Below, piece by piece: positions 40,526-50,950 of a stretch of 64,000 nucleotides of DNA. The stretch spans positions 599,218 through 663,217 of the forward strand of contig CBDAUI010000002.1 of the NCBI GenBank assembly GCA_965200205.1. The letters run 5' to 3'. A program made the position numbers and the translations under genes. Every line of letters starts with the position of its first letter. The stretch's first letter is position 1. The DNA comes from Candidatus Poribacteria bacterium. Lineage in GTDB: Bacteria > Poribacteria > WGA-4E > WGA-3G. The notes beneath the pieces are model-generated. The model saw only the letters and a list, made by a program, of their open reading frames with translations. It made no database searches and was not told where the DNA came from.

Positions 40526-40550
40526 CTATTATGACCCTCCTTTTTAAATA

Positions 40551-41114
40551 TTATTCTGACGGCGTGTAGTTCTTAATCGTCACTTTTGTCATAACATCAC
40601 GTTCGCGGAGTGCTTCTACAACATCCATCCCTTCAATGACTTTGCCGAATGTGGTATAGCTGCCGTTCAGGTGTCCAACACTTCTTGGATCCGAGGTAAG
40701 ACAGATGTAAAACTGGCTTCCAGCTGAGTTTGGGTTCTGTGTTCGTGCCATAGCAACAACCCCTTTTTCATGCGGAGGCATCTTCTCACGGAGCGTGGGG
40801 TCTTGAAATTCACCTGGGATTGTCCATCCAGGGCCACCTCTGCCGGTCCCTTTCGGGTCCCCGCCTTGGATGACAAAACCGGGAACATAGCGATGGAAAG
40901 CCACACTATCGTAAAATCCAGCCTCTATTAACTTCGCAAAATTTGCGACTGTCGCAGGGGCAGCTTCAGGGTAAAGTTCTATAATAATGTTGCCTTTTTG
41001 GGTTTCTATCGTTACATTAGGCAATTGTTCACTGTTGCATGAAACAATTGTTACTAAAAACGCACCTAATAAGCTTAATTGCATAATTTGCGTGTGAAAA
41101 CAGGGAAGTTTCAC
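40551..41114 (-). CDS. Cyclophilin-type peptidyl-prolyl cis-trans isomerase, secreted/lipoprotein
   Basis: HRYVPGFVIQGGDP and SQFYICL cyclophilin signatures; N-terminal signal peptide ending VSC. Confidence 0.9.
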   Translation of the reverse strand: MKLPCFHTQIMQLSLLGAFLVTIVSCNSEQLPNVTIETQKGNIIIELYPEAAPATVANFAKLIEAGFYDSVAFHRYVPGFVIQGGDPKGTGRGGPGWTIPGEFQDPTLREKMPPHEKGVVAMARTQNPNSAGSQFYICLTSDPRSVGHLNGSYTTFGKVIEGMDVVEALRERDVMTKVTIKNYTPSE

Positions 41115-41768
41115 GAGTTCCTTTTTTGTGTTTCTATGCGCGACTGTTTACGCAGAATTCGTTAGATTATAAGTAGCGTCCTGTCTTGTTATGTCAGAAG
41201 GCTTCTACATACAAGCGTTTTTTCACGGGTGTCAGTACAGTATTATACACCGATTTGTCGGTGAAGTCAAACAAATTCGGAAGAGAGGGTATCGGCTTTT
41301 AGTTTTCAGCCGTTGGTAACTGAAAACTGAACCTAACCTTGACATACCGGTTTTAGACATGGTATCCTAATAATTAGGGGGTGGTTGCAGTGCGGAACGT
41401 CTCGATGGAGAATCAGAAGACGCGTGAACTGATGGCAATGTTAACGTGTCGTCCGTGCTAATGGAACATTGCGGATAGACCCATCTATCCCTTCTAACGA
41501 AACGGGACACCGCCATCGGTCAGAAGACAAATTTGCTAAGCAGATGGAACATATCATACTTTCTGTGTCGCAGAGCCGGAACACTCTCACCCTATATCTC
41601 AAAAACCAGCGTTATATCTTTCGAGACCGTCCGGTCTTGTTGTCTGGTGCGAACCAAACTATACTTGTACGGACACAGGTACAATCCGTACAACTGTTCT
41701 TGAAGATTCGGACACTGATAAACTAAAAAAGAAAAATAGAATTTGAACTTAAGATTAGGAGAAAAAAA

Positions 41769-43097
41769 ATGAAACGACTTACCGCTTTACCATGGAGGTC
41801 TAACCTTACATTAGATAGAACCCTGATGGCCTGGTTACTTCTCATTCCCCTCGCTTTTGTGGGTTGTGGTGGTCAACTTGGAAAGATTGAACCGCCTGTC
41901 GTTGACACGGCGATCGCGGAAGCGGAAGCAGCCATCGCAGCGGCGCAAGATGTTGATGCAGCATCACTTGCCCCGGAAGCGTTTCAAACCGCTAACGCGA
42001 ATCTTGAAGCCGCGAGGGAGGCATTGACAGAAAAGAGAGGCGTTGACGCACTTCGCCTCGCGCATCAAGCGAGTGCCGACGCTAAAATCGCACATCGGCA
42101 CGCCATCAATGTCGCCAAAAGTTCGGAGCTCAACGCAGCGATACTTCAGAAGGAATTAAGTGCGAAAGAACTTCACCAAAGACTCAAGGCAGTAGAAGAG
42201 AGGGTCTCACAAAAGGAATCTGAGGTTCAAGAAGCTCAACGTGCGTCTGAACAGTTACGAGAGCGAATTCAAGAACTTCAGATACAAAATAGCGAGTTAG
42301 GCGATACGAGGAAAGCCTTCGGAAAACAGATAAGTGATCTCTCGAAGACCTTAGAAGATACGCAAATGCGTGCACGCCGTGCAGAAGAAGAAATCCGTAA
42401 CTACGGTACCGAACTTTCTAAACTTCGTCGCAAATTGGAAGTCGCTGACAAGATCGCAAAAGAAGAGGGATATCAGAAGCGGGCAGCGGTTGCTGAGGCG
42501 GAATCTCTCAGAAAACAGATGCGCGAACAGGCAGAGATTTATACACAGAAACTCGCACAGGCGAATAAGCAAGATGTCGCAGCGAAACATGCTGAATTTA
42601 CCGCGAAGCAAGCAGAAAAGTCGAGGGCATACGTAGCCAGCCAACCCGCCCTTTCGCCCCCGAAAACCGGACGAACATCGCTCTCTACGCAACAGATTGC
42701 AGCCGGCAAAGCTGCGCTTAATAGTTGGAGTGATACATGGCAGAGCGGAAACTTAAATACGCATCTCGCCTATTACGCTCCGAATATTGTTGCCGATAAA
42801 GTCGTGATTCTTGAAAGCAAGGAGAATCGGAGTAAAATAGACAGACAGCAACTGGAATCGGATCTTCGCCAGATGCGCGCGCACACGTGGACGAAAGCGA
42901 AATTTGACACCGAAGTCGAAAGCGAAAGTGTCATCGGTGTCCTGCAACTGAGTCGATTGGTACATCCCGCGGCTGATGAGAACGATACCGCCCTCTATGA
43001 TGTCTGGATTCGCGAAATCTGGATGCATCAAGTCGGGAGCAGTTGGAAGGTCCACCACGAAATCTGGAAGATTTTTGAGAGGGTGCCCAACCTATAA
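41769..43097 (+). CDS. Coiled-coil lipoprotein with C-terminal NTF2-like/SnoaL-like domain
   Basis: Lipoprotein signal LAFVGCGG; ~250 aa of charged coiled coil; C-terminal alpha+beta domain resembling the repeats of the next gene. Confidence 0.55.
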   Translation: MKRLTALPWRSNLTLDRTLMAWLLLIPLAFVGCGGQLGKIEPPVVDTAIAEAEAAIAAAQDVDAASLAPEAFQTANANLEAAREALTEKRGVDALRLAHQASADAKIAHRHAINVAKSSELNAAILQKELSAKELHQRLKAVEERVSQKESEVQEAQRASEQLRERIQELQIQNSELGDTRKAFGKQISDLSKTLEDTQMRARRAEEEIRNYGTELSKLRRKLEVADKIAKEEGYQKRAAVAEAESLRKQMREQAEIYTQKLAQANKQDVAAKHAEFTAKQAEKSRAYVASQPALSPPKTGRTSLSTQQIAAGKAALNSWSDTWQSGNLNTHLAYYAPNIVADKVVILESKENRSKIDRQQLESDLRQMRAHTWTKAKFDTEVESESVIGVLQLSRLVHPAADENDTALYDVWIREIWMHQVGSSWKVHHEIWKIFERVPNL

Positions 43098-43153
43098 GGA
43101 CTTATACAAACGCCTGCTGGTGAGATTTTCCGATCTCACCGATGGATAGGGAT

Positions 43154-43264
43154 TCACTAAAAAACGTGAGTCCTATCAACTATGCGCAACACTGCAGGTG
43201 GGGTTTGTAACCCCACCTACTATAAAGATTCATCAAAAAACGTGAGTCCTATCAACTATGCGCG
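43154..43264. repeat. Two 34-bp direct repeats flanking a perfect hairpin
   Basis: TCAYYAAAAAACGTGAGTCCTATCAACTATGCGC at 43154-43187 and 43230-43264 (33/34 identical) around the hairpin GGTGGGGTTTGTAACCCCACC (43197-43217). Confidence 0.7.
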
Positions 43265-43275
43265 GAGGTTATATT

Positions 43276-44691
43276 GTGAACGACGCACAAAATTGGCAGA
43301 AAAACACTCCTAAGAAATTGACGATACCCCGGAACCTGATATGGGGCGGTGCTATCGCGGCAATCGTTATCGCGTTTGTTGTATTCTTACTCATTTTCAT
43401 GAGTTCGAGTGAAAGACCTACCGCTTTTTTAGCGAAGTGGAAGAGTGCGCTTGAATCCAGCGATCTTAAACGGTATGACGCACTTTGGGTAAAAAGCGAA
43501 CGCTTGCGTCCCGATAGAGGTTATCCGAATACAGCGAAACTCCTAAGAGATAATATCCGCCTTGAGGTCAACCTTGAAGGCGGTAGCCCACCTTATCAAA
43601 TTCCTCGATATCCGAACCGTTATCGGATTGAGGGGATACCTGTGACGGTTCATCTGCCCGATGGTCCCCAACAGCAGTTACGAAACCTTGTGATTGAGAA
43701 GAAAGGGATCGTCCAACAGCGGTGGAAAATCGCACAAGACGAGATCGTCGGTGAAGATTATATTGCTACGGTTTCTCCTGATACGATGATCCAACAGGAG
43801 AGTCGTCCCAACCCGTCTAACAGTCCTGTCGCCCCACTTGTTCTCGCTTGGCAGAGCGCGTTGGAAAGGCAGGATTCGACAGCATACACGAACCTCTGGG
43901 ATAAATCTGCCCGAAAGAAGCGGACATCGAGCTTTCGGCGTGCCCTCGGATTGATGTCACAAGCACATATCATTGACCTACAAGATGCAACTTACAGCCC
44001 AGTACCCACGCGGCGCAACCGTCATATCGTTGACGGCATTCGTGTAACGCTGCAGAATAACGGCGACATTATTGAAACGCATAACCGCACACTCACAATT
44101 GAGAAGAAAGGATTTTTCAGACGGCAATGGAAACTTATTAACGATCAAGTTGGTGAAATATCGGGCGCTATCGTACTTGAACAGACACAACAACCGTCCG
44201 GTGTGAACACGGTGTCTGGCGATGAATCTGGCGGCAGCTTTGACGGGAATGCCCCGCTTGATACGCAACTCAAAGCGAGACAAATCTTGGGGAAATGGCA
44301 GGCAGCTTGGGAAGGGAAGGATCTAAATACCTATATGTCCATCTATTCTGACGAAGCCTTGATTACCCGCGTCACTGTCCGTGGCGGTGTAGAGACACCC
44401 GTCTACCTGAACAAAAAGCAGCTTCGTGCCAGTATGAAAAGGTTGAACAGTATGTATAGCGACATCCAGGTTGACATCTCTAATTTACAAATCAATGGGG
44501 ATCGCGCGGTCGCCGATGTCACGTTCTTACAAAAGTTTACCGGCACACCCGCCAGCGGCACGCGTCCCGCTTATTCAGATTATGGGACGAAAAGACTGAA
44601 TATGATGATAGACCCGACCGATGGACACTGGCGGATCTATGCGGAGACATGGAGCCGTTATGAAGATGTCCCCGAGTATCCGAAGATGTAG
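43276..44691 (+). CDS. Membrane-anchored protein with three NTF2-like/SnoaL-like repeats
   Basis: N-terminal TM (IAAIVIAFVVFLLIF); three repeats of ~130 aa sharing W..A....D...Y..LW...........LTIEKKG..QQRWKI..D. Start set at GTG 43276 (GGAGG RBS) because the ATG at 43258 lies inside the direct repeat. Confidence 0.5.
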   Translation: MNDAQNWQKNTPKKLTIPRNLIWGGAIAAIVIAFVVFLLIFMSSSERPTAFLAKWKSALESSDLKRYDALWVKSERLRPDRGYPNTAKLLRDNIRLEVNLEGGSPPYQIPRYPNRYRIEGIPVTVHLPDGPQQQLRNLVIEKKGIVQQRWKIAQDEIVGEDYIATVSPDTMIQQESRPNPSNSPVAPLVLAWQSALERQDSTAYTNLWDKSARKKRTSSFRRALGLMSQAHIIDLQDATYSPVPTRRNRHIVDGIRVTLQNNGDIIETHNRTLTIEKKGFFRRQWKLINDQVGEISGAIVLEQTQQPSGVNTVSGDESGGSFDGNAPLDTQLKARQILGKWQAAWEGKDLNTYMSIYSDEALITRVTVRGGVETPVYLNKKQLRASMKRLNSMYSDIQVDISNLQINGDRAVADVTFLQKFTGTPASGTRPAYSDYGTKRLNMMIDPTDGHWRIYAETWSRYEDVPEYPKM

Positions 44692-44814
44692 GAGAATGGT
44701 TATCAGTTACCAGTTATCAGGCATCAGTTAAAGAGACCGCTGATGCAATCCAGATCCCCTTAACTGATAACTGTTTTCACTGCGAAGCATGATAATTGAT
44801 GACGCTTAGGAAAT

Positions 44815-45231
44815 ATGCGTACCGAGTACCGAACCAGACGTAAAATCGAATTTGCAGATACCGATATGGCAGGAATCGTCCATTTCACACGATTTTTTGT
44901 CTTTATGGAGACCGCGGAACACGAATTCCTACGCAGTTTAGGCACAAGTGTCGCGACCGAATGGAACGGTCATAAAATCGGTTGGCCCAGGCTCTCGGTT
45001 TCTTGTCAGTATTTAAGTCCGCTCCGATTTGAAGATGAGGTGGACATCCATCTCTGGGTCTCAAGGAAAGGGACGAAATCGCTCACATACCAATTCCACT
45101 TTACACTTCAGGGAGCAGATATCGCACGCGGCGAGGTCACAACGGTCTGTTGTATAACGAACCCAGGTGAGAAACTACGTGCGATTCCGATCCCTGATTT
45201 TATTGCAGATCAGATATGCTGCCCACCCTAA
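44815..45231 (+). CDS. Acyl-CoA thioesterase, hotdog fold (4HBT/YbgC-like)
   Basis: IEFADTDMAGIVHFTRFFVFMETAEHEFL is the family-typical N-terminal signature. Confidence 0.8.
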   Translation: MRTEYRTRRKIEFADTDMAGIVHFTRFFVFMETAEHEFLRSLGTSVATEWNGHKIGWPRLSVSCQYLSPLRFEDEVDIHLWVSRKGTKSLTYQFHFTLQGADIARGEVTTVCCITNPGEKLRAIPIPDFIADQICCPP

Positions 45232-45248
45232 ATTAGGCTACAAAAAAC

Positions 45249-45938
45249 ATGCAACAACCGCGCGCTGCGACATCTTCGCTAAAAATATCTCACTTATTCA
45301 AAGACTTCGGAGCCGTCAAGGTCCTGCAGAACATTTCGTTGAGTCTCACCGGTGGCACATCCACCGTTATCACGGGTCCCTCCGGTTCCGGTAAGAGTAC
45401 ACTCTTACACATCATCGGCACATTAGAAGAACCCTCGAATGGAATTGTGGAAATTAACAATATAAATCCATTTGCGCTCTCTGAACCTGAACTGGCACAG
45501 TACCGCAATTCCGTGATCGGATTTGTGTTTCAAGAACACCACCTGCTTCCGCAATATTCCGTGCTTGAGAATGTCCTGATTCCGACGCTCGCTTTCAAAC
45601 AGGGATCCGATGCGACCGAGCGCGCCGCTCAGCTCCTAAAACGGGTTGGACTCACGGATCGTCAATCCCATCGACCTGCCGAACTTTCAGGGGGCGAACG
45701 GCAACGCGTCGCGATTGCGCGTGCGCTTATCAATCAACCGGACATCCTCCTCTGTGATGAACCGACAGGCAACCTGGACACCGCTACGACCGATACCGTC
45801 GCCAATTTGCTTTTTGAGCTGCATCGTGCTGAGAAAACTATATTGATTGTGGTGACACATAACCTCGCACTCACTTCCCGCTTTGACCGACATCTGCAAT
45901 TGGTGGATGGCACTTGCACCGTCGAAAGAGATACTTAA
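45249..45938 (+). CDS. ABC transporter ATP-binding protein (LolD/MacB/FtsE type)
   Basis: Walker A GPSGSGKST, signature LSGGERQRVAIARAL, Walker B ILLCDEPT. Confidence 0.9.
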   Translation: MQQPRAATSSLKISHLFKDFGAVKVLQNISLSLTGGTSTVITGPSGSGKSTLLHIIGTLEEPSNGIVEINNINPFALSEPELAQYRNSVIGFVFQEHHLLPQYSVLENVLIPTLAFKQGSDATERAAQLLKRVGLTDRQSHRPAELSGGERQRVAIARALINQPDILLCDEPTGNLDTATTDTVANLLFELHRAEKTILIVVTHNLALTSRFDRHLQLVDGTCTVERDT

Positions 45939-45965
45939 CACCCGCAACAGACGCGAAGAAAGATT

Positions 45966-48900
45966 ATGCCCAGATTCTCTTGGAACTCACTTAAACACTT
46001 TTGGCAGATACATGTTATTGTCGCGCTTTGCACTGCCGTAGCGACGGGTGTTCTCGCCGGTGCTTTGGTCGTTGGCGATTCTGTCCGTGGCAGCCTGCTA
46101 AATCTCACCGCGGAACGACTCGGTACAATCCAGCATGCACTCCTCGCCGATCATTTTTTTCAACCAGATTTGCTGAACCGTGAGAACAAAGTGCCCACCA
46201 TTTTGTTGAACGGCACCATTGTTGTCCCGCAAACGCAAGCGCGGGCATCGAAAGTGAATATTCTCGGCGTAACGGATAATTTCTTTACATTCTGGGAAAG
46301 AGAAGCACCGAACCTCAACAAACCCGAAGGACAGCCTTTCAACGCAATCGTCATCAACACAGCACTCCAGAATGAATTGAACGTCCAAGTCGGCGACACG
46401 CTTCTCGTGAACATGTCCCAAACAACCGACATCCACCCAGAATTCCTGCTTGGTGAACGCGACGCAGCCAAGGCTATCCAGAGCCTCCGATTGGTTATCA
46501 GCGATATAATTCCGACCGAAAATTTTGGGAGGTTCAGTCTGCAAGCGAATCAGAGCCTTCCGTTCAACGCCTTCATATCACTCTCCGTTTTACAGAATGC
46601 GCTCGGACAAGATGAAAAAGTGAACGTTGTCTTTACAGCAGACGCGGACGCGCTCTCGGCGGACGATCTTACGCTAACGTTAGCCGCGCTCGACCTGAAT
46701 ATTAAAACAGATGAGAACCATCTCGACATTCAGAGCGATCAGTACCTTCTCAAACCGATACTCTCCGAAACTGCGCGAACGGTTGCATCCGAAAACCGTA
46801 TCCCCGCACTCCCGACGCTCACCTATCTCGCGAATACGATTACTGCAAACGATAAAACGATACCCTATTCTACGATTGTTGCACTCCCGACAGATGGCGG
46901 TGAAGTTGCAGAACTTCTGAATGTGCACACGACGGATGCCCAACGACTTGCATATCAAGAAGCACAAAAGCAGCGGTTACGGATGGATGAAAACGCAACG
47001 GATGCGTTAGTCTACCGTGGTGGTGAAATGTTCCTTAACACTTGGGCTGCAGCAGATCTCGGTGTCAAAATTGGCGATAAAATTACAATTACCTATTACA
47101 GCGTCACTCCTGAGGAAGCATACGTGACTGAAATCGGACTATTCCGACTGAAAGGGATTCTACCGATCGAGGGTATCACAGCAGATAGGGACCTTATACC
47201 CGAATTTCCGGGGATTCACGATACCAACGATATGTCCGAGTGGGAATCGCCTTTCCCGATCGATTACACGGTAATACGTGCGGAAGACGAAGCGTATTGG
47301 GATGAGTACAGAGCGACACCGAAAGCATTTATTCCGTTGGAAATCGGCAAACGGCTCTGGCAAAATCGGTTCGGAGATCTGACCACGATTCGACTCGGCA
47401 CTGCCCCCGACAGCGATATCCAAGCGACACGGACGCTTTTTGAGACCGAATTCCTGAAAAGGATTCAGCCGGAACAGGTCGGTTTTCAGTTTCTATCGCC
47501 GCAAGCGGATGGCGTTCAAGCCTCCAGCGGTGCTACGGATTTCGGGATGCTGTTTGGCAGCCTCAGCGGTTTTATCATTATCGCTGTTGCTGTGTTGATT
47601 GCCATGCTTTTCCGTGTCGGTGTCGAGCAGCGATCGCGGGAGATCGGTCTGCTACAGGCTGTGGGTTATCCGCTTGCCAAGATTCGTCGCCGTTTCCTTT
47701 ATGAGGGCGCGACTGTCGCTGGCATCGGTAGTCTGTTAGGGTGTCTGTTCGCTGTCGGCTACGCGCAACTCATGATATTCGGCTTGCAAACATGGTGGCT
47801 GCCTGCTATCGGTACGCCGTTTATGGAACTCCACGTCAACCTGTCAAGTCTAATCACCGGCGTTCTCATCGCGTTGGCTGTCGTGATGGTCTCTATTCGT
47901 TTCATCGTCCAAGAATTAGGACAGATACCTACGACTGCGCTCCTCGCAGGTGAAACCGATTTTGTTGAGATAACCCTCAAACGTCAAACCAAAAAAGCGA
48001 AATCAACTACCTTGTGGTCCATTACCAAAAACGTGACTGCTGCGATTATAGCTGTTCTATTTGCGGTCTTTGTTATCTTTGATGAATGGCTTTCTGACAC
48101 CTTTGGTATCTGGGTAGAAGAACCGATGATTGATTTCTTAGTACTTACGTTGAGTATTATTGGTGTCGGATGGGCTGCTTTTGATCGATGGTTAAAATCG
48201 CAGCGGATTCCAAAGCGGTTGAATCGGATACGGTTTGCCCTTAAAAACGCTGCGCGGCAGCCGGGGCGGAGTAAAACTTGTGTTACAACAATCAGTTTGG
48301 CGTGTTGTATCATCGTCGCAGTCGGTGCGAATCGACACGATGCACCGCCTGAGACGGAGTACGCCTTTGTTGCTGAATCCGCGCTGCCGCTGCACCACAG
48401 CCTAAACACATCCGATGGCAGATTTGAACTCGGTTTTTCCGACAAGGATTCTGAACTTCTGGATGCCTCGGAGATATTTCCGTTTCGGGTGCTACCGGGT
48501 GAAGATGTCAGTTGCCTGAACCTCTACCAACCGCAGAAACCGAAAATTTTGGGCGCACCAGATGCCGTGTTAGATAAACCCCCTTGGCGTCGATTAAGAC
48601 TGGTGCAACCTCAAGAGGGTAGAGCACCCGCTATCGGCGATGAGAACTCGCTCCGTTGGATTCTACACCACAATCCCGAAGACGATTTTATCGTTCAAGA
48701 TGAGTTCGGAAAACCGATCAGCCTTGCGCTTGAAACAGTTTCGGACAGTCTCTTCCAGAGTCAATTGATTATCTCGGAATCCAATTTTACCAAATACTTT
48801 CCGAGCCAAAGTGGGTATCAGTTTTTCCTCATCAAAACACCATCCGACCTACGAGAAGAGGCGGCACAAGTGCTTGAGAAGACATTGGTTGACTACGGTT

Positions 48901-49331
48901 TCGATCTCACATCGGCATCCGATCGGTTGGCAAGCTATCGGGCAGTCGAGAATACCTATATCTCTACTTTCCAGAGTCTCGGCGGTTTAGGTGTACTCCT
49001 CGGCACGTTCGGGTTGGCATTGGTATTGTTTAGAAATATTATCGAACGTCGTGGTGAGTTAGCGACCTTACGCGCTTTCGGTTTCCGAAGGCAGCTGCTC
49101 TCGCGGATGCTGTTCCTCGAAAGTTGTTTTCTACTCGCTGTCGGTATGCTTATCGGAATTGTTGCCGGACTTGTGGCGATTCTCGGTTCTCAAGGACACC
49201 TCCCCTCTTTTCCGTGGCTATCTCTCACAATTACCTTGCTTTTGATCTTCGGTTTTGGTATAATTGCAAATGCAGTTGCAGTTGCAGTTGCACTCCGAAG
49301 TCCACTCTTAACAACGCTCAAATCTGAATAA
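45966..49331 (+). CDS. ABC transporter permease, FtsX/MacB-like with two permease domains
   Basis: 1121 aa; two blocks of four TM helices each preceded by a large extracytoplasmic domain; ATPase gene immediately upstream. Confidence 0.85.
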   Translation: MPRFSWNSLKHFWQIHVIVALCTAVATGVLAGALVVGDSVRGSLLNLTAERLGTIQHALLADHFFQPDLLNRENKVPTILLNGTIVVPQTQARASKVNILGVTDNFFTFWEREAPNLNKPEGQPFNAIVINTALQNELNVQVGDTLLVNMSQTTDIHPEFLLGERDAAKAIQSLRLVISDIIPTENFGRFSLQANQSLPFNAFISLSVLQNALGQDEKVNVVFTADADALSADDLTLTLAALDLNIKTDENHLDIQSDQYLLKPILSETARTVASENRIPALPTLTYLANTITANDKTIPYSTIVALPTDGGEVAELLNVHTTDAQRLAYQEAQKQRLRMDENATDALVYRGGEMFLNTWAAADLGVKIGDKITITYYSVTPEEAYVTEIGLFRLKGILPIEGITADRDLIPEFPGIHDTNDMSEWESPFPIDYTVIRAEDEAYWDEYRATPKAFIPLEIGKRLWQNRFGDLTTIRLGTAPDSDIQATRTLFETEFLKRIQPEQVGFQFLSPQADGVQASSGATDFGMLFGSLSGFIIIAVAVLIAMLFRVGVEQRSREIGLLQAVGYPLAKIRRRFLYEGATVAGIGSLLGCLFAVGYAQLMIFGLQTWWLPAIGTPFMELHVNLSSLITGVLIALAVVMVSIRFIVQELGQIPTTALLAGETDFVEITLKRQTKKAKSTTLWSITKNVTAAIIAVLFAVFVIFDEWLSDTFGIWVEEPMIDFLVLTLSIIGVGWAAFDRWLKSQRIPKRLNRIRFALKNAARQPGRSKTCVTTISLACCIIVAVGANRHDAPPETEYAFVAESALPLHHSLNTSDGRFELGFSDKDSELLDASEIFPFRVLPGEDVSCLNLYQPQKPKILGAPDAVLDKPPWRRLRLVQPQEGRAPAIGDENSLRWILHHNPEDDFIVQDEFGKPISLALETVSDSLFQSQLIISESNFTKYFPSQSGYQFFLIKTPSDLREEAAQVLEKTLVDYGFDLTSASDRLASYRAVENTYISTFQSLGGLGVLLGTFGLALVLFRNIIERRGELATLRAFGFRRQLLSRMLFLESCFLLAVGMLIGIVAGLVAILGSQGHLPSFPWLSLTITLLLIFGFGIIANAVAVAVALRSPLLTTLKSE

Positions 49332-49351
49332 AATAGGGTTTAGGCTACCTT

Positions 49352-49993
49352 GTGCTAAATTGGCGTAAATCCCGAATAGGAAAATACCCGATGCGTCTTG
49401 CTAATTTCAAAACGATACGTTCCATTGTCTACGCGACCTTGGTCGCTATCTGTGTGCTGGTGTTGAATGGTTGTTCCAGTGATTCCGAACCAGATACATC
49501 AGGTGCCGTCAATTACGCGGAACAGGGATGGCGTTTCTACGCGTCGGGTGACTATGCACAGGCACTCCTAAGTTTTGAGCGTGCGGTCAACTTTGACGAG
49601 ACACTCGCAGACGCACACAACGGGATCGGATGGAGCCATCTCAGTCTTTCGTTGAATGCGCCGTTAGCACAAGAAGCGTTTCAGAACGCCATTCAACTTG
49701 ACAACGCGAACGCCGATGCGTGGGTCGGATTGGCGACTGTACTCTACTTACGGAACAAGGAGACCAACGATTTCGTAGCTGCGATCCGTGCGATTGACAA
49801 CGCACTGCAAGGCGATGCGGAATACCTCTATCGGCACGATTATCAATCCAAAGCCGATCTCTATGCGTTGAAGGCAGCGTGTTACTATTATCTCGGTGAA
49901 CACCAACCCGCAACTGCGGAGATAGATAAGGCACTTCAAATTGATACAGCGAATAAAACTGCTATTGCGCTACAAAGCCTATTGAAAAAATAG
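49352..49993 (+). CDS. TPR repeat lipoprotein
   Basis: Lipoprotein signal VLNGCSSD followed by TPR-like repeats. Confidence 0.6.
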   Translation: MLNWRKSRIGKYPMRLANFKTIRSIVYATLVAICVLVLNGCSSDSEPDTSGAVNYAEQGWRFYASGDYAQALLSFERAVNFDETLADAHNGIGWSHLSLSLNAPLAQEAFQNAIQLDNANADAWVGLATVLYLRNKETNDFVAAIRAIDNALQGDAEYLYRHDYQSKADLYALKAACYYYLGEHQPATAEIDKALQIDTANKTAIALQSLLKK

Positions 49994-50038
49994 AGGAAGA
50001 TAGCAGATTGAAAACTAATAGCTACTAACGGAGGAAAT

Positions 50039-50932
50039 ATGTCTCAAAACGTTATTACATCTACAGAATTAACCAACTTAACACCGCTCCATCGCGGTAA
50101 AGTCCGGGATCTCTATGACCTCGGCGATGAACTCCTAATTATATCCACGGATCGTATATCCGCCTTTGATGTCGTCTTACCGAACGGTATTCCGGACAAG
50201 GGGAGCGTCTTAACCGGTCTGTCCAAATTCTGGTTCAAATACACCGAATCCATTGCTGACAATCACGTCATTGCGACTGAAATTGAAGACTATCCGGATG
50301 TCCTGCAGCCGGACGCTGAGCTCTTAAAAGGACGCTCCATGCTTGTCCAAAAAGCCGATCGGGTTGACGTTGAATGCGTTGTACGCGGGTACCTCGCCGG
50401 TTCCGGTTGGTCCTCCTACCAGAAGACAGGTGAAATCTGTGGACAGAAACTCCCGGCAGGACTGCGCGAATCCGAACGGCTTCCAGAACTCCTGTTCACA
50501 CCGACAACAAAGGCAGAGCAAGGCGAACACGATGAACCGATCTCTATTGAAGAGATGCGTCATCAGGTGGGTAGCGAGTTGACAGATCAGCTGATTGAAG
50601 CCAGTTTTGCACTCTTCAGAGCTGCGAGCGAACACGCCGAAAGTGCCGGTATTATCCTCTGTGATACGAAGTTTGAGTTCGGACAGCGTGATGGCAAGTT
50701 GATTGTCATTGATGAAGTCTTCACACCGGACTCCTCTCGGTTCTGGCCCGCTGATCTCTATGAACCGGGTAAGCCACAACAGAGTTTTGATAAGCAGTTC
50801 GTTCGCGACTACCTCACTGAGATCGGTTGGAACAAACAGCCGCCTGCACCTGAATTACCGGAAGACGTGATCTCAAAAACGAGCGAGAAATACCGCGAGG
50901 CGTACCGTCTCATTGTCGGCGAAGACTTGTAA
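50039..50932 (+). CDS. purC: Phosphoribosylaminoimidazole-succinocarboxamide (SAICAR) synthase
   Basis: HRGKVRDLY...LIISTDRISAFD SAICAR synthetase motifs; 297 aa. Confidence 0.9.
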   Translation: MSQNVITSTELTNLTPLHRGKVRDLYDLGDELLIISTDRISAFDVVLPNGIPDKGSVLTGLSKFWFKYTESIADNHVIATEIEDYPDVLQPDAELLKGRSMLVQKADRVDVECVVRGYLAGSGWSSYQKTGEICGQKLPAGLRESERLPELLFTPTTKAEQGEHDEPISIEEMRHQVGSELTDQLIEASFALFRAASEHAESAGIILCDTKFEFGQRDGKLIVIDEVFTPDSSRFWPADLYEPGKPQQSFDKQFVRDYLTEIGWNKQPPAPELPEDVISKTSEKYREAYRLIVGEDL

Positions 50933-50950
50933 CATCAGGAAAAATGAAAT

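Noticed and set aside
41469-41726. 85-aa ORF in the 650-bp intergenic region before 41769
   Set aside because: No RBS, no recognizable motifs, composition not protein-like; the region is more likely regulatory/leader DNA. I also looked for tmRNA/SRP/6S signatures there and saw none.
46098-48445. Antisense ORFs (46098-46544, 47984-48445) inside the FtsX permease gene
   Set aside because: Opposite-strand shadows of a long, clearly coding gene.
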